From Acidimicrobiales bacterium (GTDB lineage Bacteria > Actinomycetota > Acidimicrobiia > Acidimicrobiales > SHLQ01), in contig OZ244202.1 of NCBI GenBank assembly GCA_965216815.1, positions 785,762 through 849,761 on the forward strand: a stretch of DNA of 64,000 nt. Reading direction: 5' to 3'. The position numbers and the translations under genes are program-made. The notes under the pieces are model-generated. The model was given only the letters and a program-made list of their open reading frames with translations, was not told where the DNA came from and made no database searches. Below are positions 44,488-54,470 of this stretch, piece after piece; within the stretch, counting starts at the first letter, position 1; each line of letters begins with the position of its first letter.

Positions 44488-45702
44488 TCAACGGTCCCGC
44501 GGCGGGGGCCAGTGGGCGTGACCCGGCCGGTCACCGGGTTCCACGAGTGCACAATGCGTGCCGCGATAGATCGACGGCATGCACTTGTTGCAATGGATGC
44601 ACAATGAATCCGACTCGTCACCCTCACGCCAGCGATTGATCAGAGAGGGCTCCCGAAGAAGCGCCCGGCCCATCGCCACGAAATCGAACCCGGCGGCGAG
44701 CGCTTCGTGGACCGTGTCGAGGCGGCTGACCCCACCGATCAGAACCAGAGGCAAGTCCACCTCCGCGCGAACCTGCCGGGCATAGGGCAAAAAGAAGGCC
44801 TCTTCGAACGGGTACTCGGGCATGAACCTCTTCGCGGTCAGCTTGAACCCGGCTCGAATCGCCTTTGGAAAGATCGCCGCCATCTCCGCGATCGGTGCTT
44901 CGCCGCGGAACAGATACAGTGGGTTTTCGAAGCTGCTGCCGCCACTCAACTCCAGCGCGTCGAGCGTCGCGTCCTCCTCGAGGAGCTTCGCGAGCTGCAC
45001 CGCCTCGTCAACCCAAAACCCGCCGGGAACACCGTCGGCGAGATTCATCTTCGCGATCACAGCGATGCGACCGTCGATCACCTCCGCCACCGCACCCGCG
45101 ACCTCCCTCGCGAGCCGAGCACGGTTCTCCAGCGAACCACCCCAATCGTCGTCACGCTTGTTGAGCTTCGGGCTGAGGAAGTTCGACACGATGTAGCCGT
45201 GCCCGAAGTGCAACTCGATGCAGTCGAAGCCCGCGTCGATTGCGAGCGACGCCGCGCGTGCGAAGTCGTCGATCACCCGTGCCAGATCGGCTGCGGTCGC
45301 TGGCGTCGTGTATTTCATCGCCTGCTTTGCCAACACTCGTGACGCCGACAGACCCGGCCGCCCGTTCCCAGCGCCGACCGGGCCAGCATGGCCGAGCTGC
45401 ATCGACGCCATCGCTCCACAATCGTGGACCATGTCGGAAAACCGCCTCAGATCGTCGACGATCTCCGGGCGCATCACGATCTCGTTCGGTGCGCCCTGAC
45501 CATCTTCGGAGATGGCGCAATAGGCCAGCGTCGTCGTCCCGACACCACCTTCGATGTGAGCGCGGTGATAATCGATTATGGCGTCGCTCATCGAGTTGTC
45601 GATCGCCATCCCTTCGAACGTGGCCGCCTTGATGAACCGGTTGGGGAGTGTGATCGGACCGAGATCGGCCGGGGCAAACGGATCTACTGCGACTGAAGCC
45701 AT
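44488..45702 (-). CDS. NADH:flavin oxidoreductase (Old Yellow Enzyme family)
   Basis: 'LPNRFIKAATFEGM', 'MQLGHAG' and 'FDCIELHFGHGYIVSNFLSP'. Confidence 0.85.
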   Translation of the reverse strand: MASVAVDPFAPADLGPITLPNRFIKAATFEGMAIDNSMSDAIIDYHRAHIEGGVGTTTLAYCAISEDGQGAPNEIVMRPEIVDDLRRFSDMVHDCGAMASMQLGHAGPVGAGNGRPGLSASRVLAKQAMKYTTPATAADLARVIDDFARAASLAIDAGFDCIELHFGHGYIVSNFLSPKLNKRDDDWGGSLENRARLAREVAGAVAEVIDGRIAVIAKMNLADGVPGGFWVDEAVQLAKLLEEDATLDALELSGGSSFENPLYLFRGEAPIAEMAAIFPKAIRAGFKLTAKRFMPEYPFEEAFFLPYARQVRAEVDLPLVLIGGVSRLDTVHEALAAGFDFVAMGRALLREPSLINRWREGDESDSLCIHCNKCMPSIYRGTHCALVEPGDRPGHAHWPPPRDR

Positions 45703-45782
45703 GCCCCTTGTCTAGTCGTGTTGCGCAGCGAAGGCGACGGGCGCAGGTTCGGTCCCATCGCCGAGTAACCTTGAGTGGCCAC

Positions 45783-45866
<84 letters not shown>

Positions 45867-46131
45867 CTTCGCTCGGCGCTCGTTTCGGCTTTGCCGAAAC
45901 GTTGCGCCCTCGCTTCGTTTGCGCTCTGCGCGCGTTTGTCTCGCGCTCCGCTCCGGGGCGCTCGAGCCACGGCGGCTCTTGGCATCTGTTCGTTGAGTGG
46001 GTGTTGGTGCTCGCTCGGTGCTGCGCACCTCGCTTCGTTTCTGCTCGCGTTCCGGCTTCGCCGGCACTTTCGGGCTCAACTCAGCGGTGCCTGGAGGCTG
46101 CGCGGTGAGGTGCCCAAGCCCGAACCACATG

Positions 46132-46196
46132 GGTGTCAGGCACCGAGCTCAAGGCGCGCTGAGCCCAAGATCACTTTGAGCTCGGTGCCTGACACC
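46132..46196. repeat. 65-bp palindromic REP/MITE-like element, copy 3
   Basis: Perfect 20-bp arms at 46132-46151 and 46177-46196. The 25-bp spacer resembles that of copy 2. Confidence 0.85.
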
Positions 46197-46228
46197 GCTG
46201 AATTGGCGCCTTCAGTCAAGCGACAGGT

Positions 46229-46324
46229 GGTCACCTATCCGCTAACCCTCCTGGCACTGGTTTGCCTGCTGCGGGCCGCTTTCGGTTGCAGGTCCGCTTC
46301 TCGGTCACCTATCCGCTAACCCTC
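46229..46324 (+). promoter_or_regulatory. Pair of perfect 22-bp direct repeats upstream of fhaA
   Basis: GGTCACCTATCCGCTAACCCTC occurs at 46229-46250 and 46303-46324 (period 74 bp). The second copy ends 52 nt before the fhaA ATG. Confidence 0.5.
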
Positions 46325-46376
46325 GCGACACCTCTGCCTCGCGGGTCGGTGAGCCGGCCCGTGTAGGTTTGTCGCC

Positions 46377-47036
46377 ATGGGTCTGCGCAGCGTCGAAAGG
46401 GCGCTCGAACAAGGCGTCGAAGGCGCATTCAACCGGCTATTCCGCAGTGGTGTGCGCCCCGTCGAGATCGGCAAACGCGTCGTCCGCTCCCTCGAGGATG
46501 GTCGTTCCATCGGCGTCGACGGTCGCCCGATCGTGCCGAACCAGATCGCCGTCCAATTGGCCGCCGCCGACCACGCACAGCTCCAGCAGATATCGGAATC
46601 GCTACGCAGCGAGCTGGCCGAAGCGGTGCGCGGCCACGCCCGCGAAGAGTCCTACGGCTTTGCGGGACCTGTTGAGATCACACTCGTCGAACACCCGAAA
46701 CTGAAGAAGGGCTCATTTCGCGTCGACGCACAGATTGCGGAAGCCCCAGGTGGAGCCCCGGTCGGGTCGCTGGTCCTCCCAACCGACGAGCGCATGGTGC
46801 TCGGCGAATACGTCGTCACGATCGGTCGTCTCGAGGAATGTACCATCACGCTCGGCGACCCGAACGCTTCGCGTCAGCACGCCGAGATCCGTCCGCACGG
46901 CCACAGCTACGTTCTGCGAGACCTCGGCTCGACCAACGGCACACTCGTCAACGACAGCCCGATCGGCGAGCACGTCCTGGGCGACGGCGACCGCATCCAA
47001 ATCGGCAATACCGTCCTGGTGTTCAACGCATCCTGA
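46377..47036 (+). CDS. fhaA: FhaA (DUF3662 N-terminal domain plus C-terminal FHA domain)
   Basis: 'FNRLFRSGVRPVEIGKRV', and the FHA domain 'VTIGRLEECTITLGDPNASRQHAEI...LRDLGSTNGTLVN'. Confidence 0.8.
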   Translation: MGLRSVERALEQGVEGAFNRLFRSGVRPVEIGKRVVRSLEDGRSIGVDGRPIVPNQIAVQLAAADHAQLQQISESLRSELAEAVRGHAREESYGFAGPVEITLVEHPKLKKGSFRVDAQIAEAPGGAPVGSLVLPTDERMVLGEYVVTIGRLEECTITLGDPNASRQHAEIRPHGHSYVLRDLGSTNGTLVNDSPIGEHVLGDGDRIQIGNTVLVFNAS

Positions 47037-47129
47037 CGCGAAACCGTGCCAGACCAGGTTTCGCGGTGCTGGCGAGGGCCGCCCGTACGACGCAAACGTT
47101 CGTGGTCGCGGCACTAGGATCGGCGCGGC

Positions 47130-47591
47130 GTGAGCGAGCAAGTACTGAATATTCTCAAGCTCTGCCTCGTCGCGGTGCTCTATCTGTTCTTCCTACGGGT
47201 TCTCTGGGCAGTTGCGACCGAGGTTCGCGCGCCCGAGCTGGCTGCCAACCCGCCGCGGCCGCGTAGGCGAAGCAAAGCCAAGAGCACCTCCCCCCCACCG
47301 AGTAGCGACGGGCTCGTCGTCGTCCATCCCGCCGAGCTCGCCGGGCGTGTGTTCCCGCTCGGCAACGAGCTGACCATCGGTCGGGCGGCCGGATGCTCGA
47401 TCTCGCTCGACGACACCTATGTGTCGCAACTCCACGCCCGGGTCTTCCGCAAGGACGGTGTGTTCCACGTCGAAGACCTCGGCTCGACCAACGGCACACT
47501 GCTCAACGACAGATCGATCACAGCGCCGGTAATCGTCCGAAAAGGCGACCGTATCCGCGTCGGTGGCACCGTCTTGGAGCTGCGCACATGA
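47130..47591 (+). CDS. fhaB: FhaB/FipA (N-terminal TM plus FHA domain)
   Basis: TM 'LKLCLVAVLYLFFLRVLW', then 'LTIGRAAGCSISLDDTYVSQLHARV...VEDLGSTNGTLLN'. GTG start. Confidence 0.8.
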   Translation: MSEQVLNILKLCLVAVLYLFFLRVLWAVATEVRAPELAANPPRPRRRSKAKSTSPPPSSDGLVVVHPAELAGRVFPLGNELTIGRAAGCSISLDDTYVSQLHARVFRKDGVFHVEDLGSTNGTLLNDRSITAPVIVRKGDRIRVGGTVLELRT

Positions 47592-48754
47592 CCCGGCTCG
47601 TCTGGGGAGCGTCGAGTCACGTCGGGCGCGTGCGCGAGGTCAACGAAGACGCCGTATACGGCAGCGACGACCTCGTAGCGGTCGCCGATGGCATGGGAGG
47701 TCACCGTGGAGGCAAGGTCGCGTCGGCGACCGCAATCGAGACGATCGAACAGAGTGGGGAGGAGTTCGAGGTCGCCGACGACTACGCCGTTCTGGTCCAG
47801 AGCGCGAACATCGCAGTCCTCGAGCGAGCAGCGGGCGATCCCGAACTTCAGGGAATGGGCACGACGATGGTGGCGCTCGGGATCTTCCGCAGCGCCCCGG
47901 CCGACGACGGCGACGACGCTCCCGAGCCCGTCGAGCGACTCGTCATCGCCAACGTCGGCGACTCGCGCGGCTACTCGTTGCGCGATGGGGAGTTGGTGCA
48001 AATCACCGAAGACCACAGCCTCGTCGAGACGCTGGTTAGAGAAGGTCGCATCACCCGCGAAGAGGCAGAGCACCACCCCAACCGCAACGTTGTCACCCGG
48101 GCGCTCGGCGTCGAACCGGAGGTGCTCGTCGACCTCTGGGAGTTCACACCGACGCCAGGCGATCGCTATCTGCTCTGTAGCGATGGGCTGTTCAACGAAG
48201 TCGCCGACAATCAGATCGCATCGACGCTGAGGCGGTTGTCCGACCCCGAAGAGGCCGCGGCCGAGCTCGTCCGCCTCGCTAATGAAGCCGGCGGTCGGGA
48301 CAACGTGAGCGTCGTCGTCGCCGACGTCGTCGCCGACGACGATCCCGCGGGCACCGCTGTCTCGAGTGCCGATCGGGAAGCCGGGGCCGACGAGCCGATC
48401 GCTGCCTGGGCCGACGAGGGCGATCATGTCGAGGCGTCCGAGCGCCGCGGACCGCGGTTCACCTGGAGAACCGCCCTCTTCGGCTTGATGCTGTTGGCGG
48501 TGGCCGTCGGCGGAGTCGCCGCGATCGGCTCCTACGCCCGAGGTGCCTACTACGTCGGAGTCGGCGACGGTGACGAGGTGACTATCTACAAGGGTCGTCC
48601 CGGTGGAGTGCTGTGGTTCGACGCGACCGTCGAACGTCGGACTGGACTCGATCTCGAGGAGCTCGACGAAGCGGCACGCAGCGACGTCGAGGCCGAGCGC
48701 GAGCTCGACTCGCTCGACGAGGCGCTGAGCCTGGTCGAGTCGATCACTCCGTGA
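47588..48754 (+). CDS. pstP: PP2C-family Ser/Thr phosphatase with a C-terminal TM
   Basis: 'VNEDAVY...VADGMGGHRGG' and 'LLCSDGL...GGRDNVSVVV'. The ATG overlaps the fhaB stop (ATGA). Confidence 0.85.
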   Translation: MTRLVWGASSHVGRVREVNEDAVYGSDDLVAVADGMGGHRGGKVASATAIETIEQSGEEFEVADDYAVLVQSANIAVLERAAGDPELQGMGTTMVALGIFRSAPADDGDDAPEPVERLVIANVGDSRGYSLRDGELVQITEDHSLVETLVREGRITREEAEHHPNRNVVTRALGVEPEVLVDLWEFTPTPGDRYLLCSDGLFNEVADNQIASTLRRLSDPEEAAAELVRLANEAGGRDNVSVVVADVVADDDPAGTAVSSADREAGADEPIAAWADEGDHVEASERRGPRFTWRTALFGLMLLAVAVGGVAAIGSYARGAYYVGVGDGDEVTIYKGRPGGVLWFDATVERRTGLDLEELDEAARSDVEAERELDSLDEALSLVESITP

Positions 48755-50088
48755 AGTCGCGGCGGCGCAACGCCGAACTCGGACTCATCGTCCTCGCGTC
48801 GGCGGTCACCGCCGGGGCGTACGTGCTGGCCAGCCTCGGCCAGTCGGCATCGATCCCTGCCAACATCGGGCCGTTCCTCGGCGTGGTCATCGGATTGCTG
48901 GTTCTCGCGCACCTCGCCAACCGTTGGCTCGCGCCGTCCGCCGACCCGGTCCTACTGCCGCTCGCGGCGCTACTGAACGGTCTCGGGTATGTCTTCATCG
49001 TCCGCCTCGCCGGCGATCTCGGCGATGACGCGGCCGACCTTCCCGGGCTTCAGGCCAACTGGGTCGCGATCTCCATCGCGGCATACGTAGGCGTGCTGTT
49101 GTCGGTCCGACGGGTTCGCTCGCTCGAGCAGTACCGCTACATCCTCGCCGTGATCGGTCTGGTGCTGCTCCTCGTGCCTCTCCTGCCCGGCATCGGTCGC
49201 GAGATCAACGGAGCACGAATCTGGGCGAGCATCGGCCCGGTCAACTTCCAGCCGGGCGAGTTTGCGAAACTCGCGCTCGCGATCTTCTTCGCTGCGTACC
49301 TCACCGACAAGCGAGAACTGCTGCAACAGGCGACGGTTCGCATCGGCCCCGTGCGCTTTCCGGAGCCGCGCCACCTCGGCCCGATCCTCTTCGCCTGGGG
49401 CCTGTCGATTCTCGTGATGATCGCGGAGAAGGACCTCGGTTCGTCCCTGCTGTTCTTCGCCATGTTCGTCGTGCTCCTCTGGGTCGCAACCGAGAAGCTC
49501 GGCTATGTCGTCCTCGGCTTCTTGATGTTCGGAGCCGGTGCAGCCTTCACCTGGTCGCAGTTCAGCCATGTGCAGGACCGCGTGTCGACCTGGCTCGATC
49601 CATGGTCGGTCGCAAAAGAGGAGGGGTTCCAGACGGTCGAGTCGGCGTTCGCTCTCGCGGAAGGTGGATTGACCGGCTCGGGACTCGGACTCGGAGAGCC
49701 CGATCGCATACCCGAGATCGAGACCGACTTCATCTTCGCCGCTATAGGCGAGGAGCTCGGGCTCCTCGGTGCCGCGGCGGTCTTGATGGCCTATCTGTTG
49801 ATGATCGGTTCGGGATTGCGAATAGCTGTTCGGGCCCCGCGGACATTCGACAAGCTCCTCGCCGTCGGCCTCACAACCCTCATTGGCACCCAGGCGTTCA
49901 TCATCATCGCCGGCGTCATACGACTCGTGCCGCTCACCGGCATCACCTTGCCGTTCGTGTCCTACGGTGGATCGTCGCTGCTCGCGAACTATGTGCTGCT
50001 GGCGTTGCTCATCCGTCTGTCCGATGAGGTCGAGGGAGACGCCGCCGACGAGGCGTCTGGGGCGGCCAGCGAGCCCGTAGCGGTATGA
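48751..50088 (+). CDS. rodA: SEDS-family peptidoglycan glycosyltransferase (RodA/FtsW)
   Basis: 'NGARIWASIGPVNFQPGEFAKLALAIFFA', 'DFIFAAIGEELGLLGA' and 'GITLPFVSYGGSSL'. GTG start overlaps the pstP stop. Confidence 0.85.
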   Translation: MKSRRRNAELGLIVLASAVTAGAYVLASLGQSASIPANIGPFLGVVIGLLVLAHLANRWLAPSADPVLLPLAALLNGLGYVFIVRLAGDLGDDAADLPGLQANWVAISIAAYVGVLLSVRRVRSLEQYRYILAVIGLVLLLVPLLPGIGREINGARIWASIGPVNFQPGEFAKLALAIFFAAYLTDKRELLQQATVRIGPVRFPEPRHLGPILFAWGLSILVMIAEKDLGSSLLFFAMFVVLLWVATEKLGYVVLGFLMFGAGAAFTWSQFSHVQDRVSTWLDPWSVAKEEGFQTVESAFALAEGGLTGSGLGLGEPDRIPEIETDFIFAAIGEELGLLGAAAVLMAYLLMIGSGLRIAVRAPRTFDKLLAVGLTTLIGTQAFIIIAGVIRLVPLTGITLPFVSYGGSSLLANYVLLALLIRLSDEVEGDAADEASGAASEPVAV

Positions 50089-51644
50089 ACAAGCAGATCC
50101 GGCGACTCGCCGGGGTTCTCGCCGTTCTCTATGTCGCGCTGTTCGTTCAACTCAACATCGTGCAGCTGTTCGGCGCGCAGCGCCTCAAGGACGACCCGAA
50201 CAACACCCGCCCGCTGTTCGAGGATTTCGACGAGCTGCGCGGCGACATCGTCACTGCCGACGGAGCGATCGTCGCAACGTCGGTCGAGATCGACGATCCG
50301 CGGTTCGATCGCCGCCGGGTATATCCCACCGAGGACCTGTTCGCACACGTGAGTGGCTTCTTCTCGTTCAACTTCGGCGCCGACGGTGTCGAGCGGGAGT
50401 ACAACGATCTGCTCACCGGCGACACCGCCGAGCAGCAGTTCGGTGACCTCAGTGCGCTGCTCGACGATCGGGACCCGACCGCCGACGTCATCCTCACGCT
50501 TCGCCAGGACGTCCAGACGGTCGCCAAGGAGATGCTCGGCGAGCGGCAAGGGTCGGTCGTCGCGCTCGACCCGCGAGACGGGTCCATCCTCGCCGCTTAT
50601 ACGTGGCCGACGTACGATCCGAACTTCTTGTCCGACCCCGACGCCGCCAATGCCGACGCTGCAAGACGATTGCTGCTCGACTCCGACCTCGATCCGCTGT
50701 TACCGAAGTTCTACCGCGAGATCTTCTTCCCAGGCTCGACCTTCAAGGTCGTGACTGCATCGTCCGGTGTCGACAACGACGTGGTCGACCGAACCGAGCC
50801 GGTCTATCCGACTGTCACCGAGTACACGCCACCGCTCACGACGCGGCCGATCTCGAACTTCGGGGGTTCGGCCTGCGGCGGGAACCTCTTCGACATCCTT
50901 CGCCGGTCGTGCAACTCGTCGTTCTCGCAGATGGCGTCCGAGCAGCTTGGACCCGAGCCGCTCATCGCCACTGCCGAGGATTTCGGTTTCAACGAGTCGG
51001 TGCCCATTGACCTGCCGGCTCCGGCAGAGTCCAACTTCCCGACCGACTACGGCGATTTCGTGGCACCGGTCACCGAGTACGTCGAAGATCCGTTGCCCGG
51101 CCCCGGTGGGGAGCCTGCCGATGTCTTCGACAACCAGGCCGCCCTGGCGCAGGCCGCCATCGGCCAGAACGATGTGAAGGCCACGCCGATGCTCATGGCG
51201 ATGATCGCGGGTGCGCTCGGTAACGAGGGGATCATGATGGAGCCCCACGTGATGGCATCGGCGGTCGATCAGACCGGCCGAACCATCGATGAGTACCGCC
51301 CGTCGGTGTGGCAGCAGGTAACGGCTCCGTCGACGGCGTCGCTGATGCGCAGCGCGATGCAGGGTGTGGTCGACGGCGGCACCGCGTCGGGGCTGGCGCT
51401 ACCGGGATTCGAGGTTGGCGGCAAGACGGGGACGGCGCAGCTCGGCACTCCCGAGCCGCAGTCTCACGCGTGGATCATCGGATTCGCAGGTCTACCGGAC
51501 GAGCCGCCGAGCGTGGCGGTCGCGGTGATCGTCGAGGCACAGCCCGGGGCGTCCGAGCAAACCGGCGGACGTGTCGCAGCCCCGATCGCCAGGGCTGTTC
51601 TCGAACAGGCTCTCCAGACTCCGGTGCCCGTCACTCCGAACTGA
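50085..51644 (+). CDS. pbpA: Class B penicillin-binding protein (transpeptidase)
   Basis: 'FPGSTFKVVTA' (SxxK), 'SCNSSF' (SxN) and 'GGKTGTAQ' (KTG). The ATG overlaps the rodA stop. Confidence 0.85.
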   Translation: MNKQIRRLAGVLAVLYVALFVQLNIVQLFGAQRLKDDPNNTRPLFEDFDELRGDIVTADGAIVATSVEIDDPRFDRRRVYPTEDLFAHVSGFFSFNFGADGVEREYNDLLTGDTAEQQFGDLSALLDDRDPTADVILTLRQDVQTVAKEMLGERQGSVVALDPRDGSILAAYTWPTYDPNFLSDPDAANADAARRLLLDSDLDPLLPKFYREIFFPGSTFKVVTASSGVDNDVVDRTEPVYPTVTEYTPPLTTRPISNFGGSACGGNLFDILRRSCNSSFSQMASEQLGPEPLIATAEDFGFNESVPIDLPAPAESNFPTDYGDFVAPVTEYVEDPLPGPGGEPADVFDNQAALAQAAIGQNDVKATPMLMAMIAGALGNEGIMMEPHVMASAVDQTGRTIDEYRPSVWQQVTAPSTASLMRSAMQGVVDGGTASGLALPGFEVGGKTGTAQLGTPEPQSHAWIIGFAGLPDEPPSVAVAVIVEAQPGASEQTGGRVAAPIARAVLEQALQTPVPVTPN

Positions 51645-51736
51645 ATGCGACGAGCAGCCCCTGCCGGTAACGGCGCCCCGTGCCGGTCAGGTGCGTGAGC
51701 CATTCGGTGGTCGGGTGAGGGTTAGAATCGTCTGTC

Positions 51737-53809
51737 ATGTCTCAGCAGGGACCAACCGTTTTCGGCGGACGGTACGAGCTTCAGCGACAGCTCGCGCGCG
51801 GCGGAATGGCCGACGTTTTCCTCGCACGCGACCAGACCCTCGACCGCCAGGTTGCCGTCAAAGTTCTCATCGCCGAGTTCGCTTCCAACCCGGCGTTCGT
51901 CGAGCGGTTCCGGCGCGAGGCTCAGGCAGCGGCGAACCTGAACCACCCCAACATCGTCGGCATCTACGACTGGGGCGAGGAACGCGGCACCTACTTCATC
52001 GTCATGGAGTACGTCGAAGGGCGAAGCCTCGCAGAGATCCTCCGCACAGAAGGGCCGATGCACCCCGATCGCGCGGCTGAGGTTGCGATCGATGTAGCGA
52101 TGGCCCTCGACGCGGCCCATCGGCAAGACCTCGTCCATCGCGACATCAAGCCGGGCAACGTTCTGCTCTCGCCGACGGGTGAGGTGAAGGTGGCCGACTT
52201 CGGAATCGCCACCGCCATCGCCGCGGGCACCGACAACAACCTCACCCAGGCCGGCCAGGTCATGGGCACCGCCACCTACTTCTCGCCCGAACAGGCACAG
52301 GGTCACAAGGTCGACCAGCGCTCGGACATCTACTCGCTCGGCGTCGTTCTATACGAGATGCTCACCGGCGACCCACCGTTCAGCGGCGAGACGCCGCTTT
52401 CGGTCGCCTACAAGCACGTGCAGGAAAAGCCCGTGCCGCCTTCGGACAATGGCGCGACGATCGCCCCGTCGCTCGAGGCGATCACGATGAAGGCTCTCGC
52501 GAAGGAGCCCGGGCGCCGCTATTCGGGCGCGGCAAAGCTCGCCGCCGATTTGCGACGTTACCGCGAAGGCCAACACGACCTGGGCGCGGCGGCGGCAGCT
52601 GCCGGTGCGGCGGGTGCCGCCGCCGGTGTTGCTGCCACCGGCCTCGCCGACGGGCCGACCGACCCACCGCCGCCGGGAGCTGCCGGTCAACCGACGATGG
52701 CGTCGCCTGCGGCCGCTGCCCCCGGCACGCCTCCGGGCGGTTACCCCCAGGCGGCCGGTCCCCCGTCGGGGACCTACTACACCGTTCCGCCGCGCGACGA
52801 TGGCTGGCGTCGCTCGACTGTGTTCGCTGTCGCATTCGTGGCGCTTGTCGCCGTGCTGATCGGGCTGCTGCTGGCGCTTCGCGCCGCGCTAGACAGCGGC
52901 AACGACGACCCGTCGGTCGAGACCGTCACGCTCGCGCGCGTCGAGGGGCTCCCACTCGAAGAAGCTCAGGCGGTCCTCGAAGCCGACGGTCTGCGCGTAA
53001 CACCGGAGTTCGAGGAGAACGCCGATGTGCCCGAAAACGAAGTGTTCCGACAGGATCCCGCCGCGGGCACCATCGTCGAGGTCGACAGCGAGGTCGTTCT
53101 CACCGTCTCGAAACCGAGCGAGGAGTTCGAGCTCCAGAACCAGGTCGGCAAGACGAGCACCGACGCCGAGGAGTTTCTCAGGAGCCAGGGTCTAGAAGTC
53201 GCAATCGAGACCGAAGAGCACCCCGACGCACCCGTGGGTGAGGTCATCGGGATGGATCCACCGGCCGGCACCACCGTAAACGAGGGCGACACAATCACGC
53301 TGATCGTCTCACAGGGTCCGGGCACCTGCACCGTGCCGGACGTAAAGGGCAAGTCGAGCAACGATGCAGTCGCCGAGATAATTCGGGCGAGGTTCGAGCA
53401 GGAAACCGACACCGAAGGCAGCAACTCGGTTGCCGAAGGCAACGTGATCCGTACCGAACCTCCGGCGAACACGCCACTGAACTGTGGTGAGACGGTCAAG
53501 ATCGTCGTGTCGAGCGGAACACCCCAGGCGATGGTGCCCAGCTTCGTCGGTCTCATCCCCGAGGCGGCACAGGCTGCGGCCGATGCTGCGGGCCTCGTGC
53601 TAGTGATAGTCGAGGTCGAAGTTCCCGCCGGCAGTGACCAGGTCGGGCGCGTTGTTTCACAGTCACCGGCGCTCAACACCAGCGTTGCGGTCGGCTCGGA
53701 AGTCACCGTCGAGGTCGGCAAGGCTGCTGCGCCGACCACGACCCAGCCGCCGTCAACCACGACCCAGCCGGCGAACACCACGTCTACACAGCCGCCGACC
53801 ACGGCGTAG
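51737..53809 (+). CDS. pknB: Ser/Thr protein kinase PknB with four PASTA domains
   Basis: 'LARGGMADVFLARD...VAVKVL', 'HRDIKPGNVLL', 'DFGIA' and 'GTATYFSPEQA', then a Pro/Ala linker, one TM and four PASTA-like repeats. Confidence 0.9.
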   Translation: MSQQGPTVFGGRYELQRQLARGGMADVFLARDQTLDRQVAVKVLIAEFASNPAFVERFRREAQAAANLNHPNIVGIYDWGEERGTYFIVMEYVEGRSLAEILRTEGPMHPDRAAEVAIDVAMALDAAHRQDLVHRDIKPGNVLLSPTGEVKVADFGIATAIAAGTDNNLTQAGQVMGTATYFSPEQAQGHKVDQRSDIYSLGVVLYEMLTGDPPFSGETPLSVAYKHVQEKPVPPSDNGATIAPSLEAITMKALAKEPGRRYSGAAKLAADLRRYREGQHDLGAAAAAAGAAGAAAGVAATGLADGPTDPPPPGAAGQPTMASPAAAAPGTPPGGYPQAAGPPSGTYYTVPPRDDGWRRSTVFAVAFVALVAVLIGLLLALRAALDSGNDDPSVETVTLARVEGLPLEEAQAVLEADGLRVTPEFEENADVPENEVFRQDPAAGTIVEVDSEVVLTVSKPSEEFELQNQVGKTSTDAEEFLRSQGLEVAIETEEHPDAPVGEVIGMDPPAGTTVNEGDTITLIVSQGPGTCTVPDVKGKSSNDAVAEIIRARFEQETDTEGSNSVAEGNVIRTEPPANTPLNCGETVKIVVSSGTPQAMVPSFVGLIPEAAQAAADAAGLVLVIVEVEVPAGSDQVGRVVSQSPALNTSVAVGSEVTVEVGKAAAPTTTQPPSTTTQPANTTSTQPPTTA

Positions 53810-53837
53810 GTCAGTCGGGCGTTGCAGGAGCTGTGGC

Positions 53838-54470
53838 TCAGACGGCCAGGAAGTTGCTCAACAGATCGTGACCGGCGACGGTGAGGATCGACTCGGGGTG
53901 GAATTGCACACCTTCGATCGGCTGGGTGCGATGGCGCAGTCCCATGATCGTGCCATCGTCGGTGCGCGCGGTGACCTCGAGCTCTGCGGGTACCGAGTCG
54001 GGGTCGACTACGAGCGAGTGGTAACGGGTGGCTTCGAGCGGATCGGGCAGCCCGGCGAAGACTCCGCCGGCGTCGTGGGTGATGACCGAGGTCTTGCCGT
54101 GCATGACTCGCTCGGCGCGCACGATCTTGGCTCCGAATCCCTGGCCGATGCACTGATGGCCGAGGCACACGCCGAGGATCGGAATCGATGATCCGAATTC
54201 AGAGATCGCCTCGTTGCTCACGCCGGCATCGTCGGGCGTTCCCGGCCCGGGGCTGATGAGAATGCGATCGGGGACCAACTCGGCGATGTCGTCGGTGCTG
54301 AGAGCGTCGTTGCGCGCGACGATCGGCTCGGCGCCGAGCTCACCCAGATATTGGACGAGGTTGTAGACGAACGAGTCGTAGTTGTCGATGACCAGCACGC
54401 GCACGGAGCCGACGGTAGCAACGGCGCGCACCGTTGCGGTGTGCGGCCTTTCGATAGTATTGGTCGCCAT
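53838..54470 (-). CDS. trpG: Glutamine amidotransferase, anthranilate/aminodeoxychorismate synthase component II
   Basis: 'VLVIDNYDSFVYNLVQYLGELG', 'PILGVCLGHQCIG' (nucleophile Cys) and 'GVQFHPESI'. Start is ATG 54470 or GTG 54404. Confidence 0.8.
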   Translation of the reverse strand: MATNTIERPHTATVRAVATVGSVRVLVIDNYDSFVYNLVQYLGELGAEPIVARNDALSTDDIAELVPDRILISPGPGTPDDAGVSNEAISEFGSSIPILGVCLGHQCIGQGFGAKIVRAERVMHGKTSVITHDAGGVFAGLPDPLEATRYHSLVVDPDSVPAELEVTARTDDGTIMGLRHRTQPIEGVQFHPESILTVAGHDLLSNFLAV

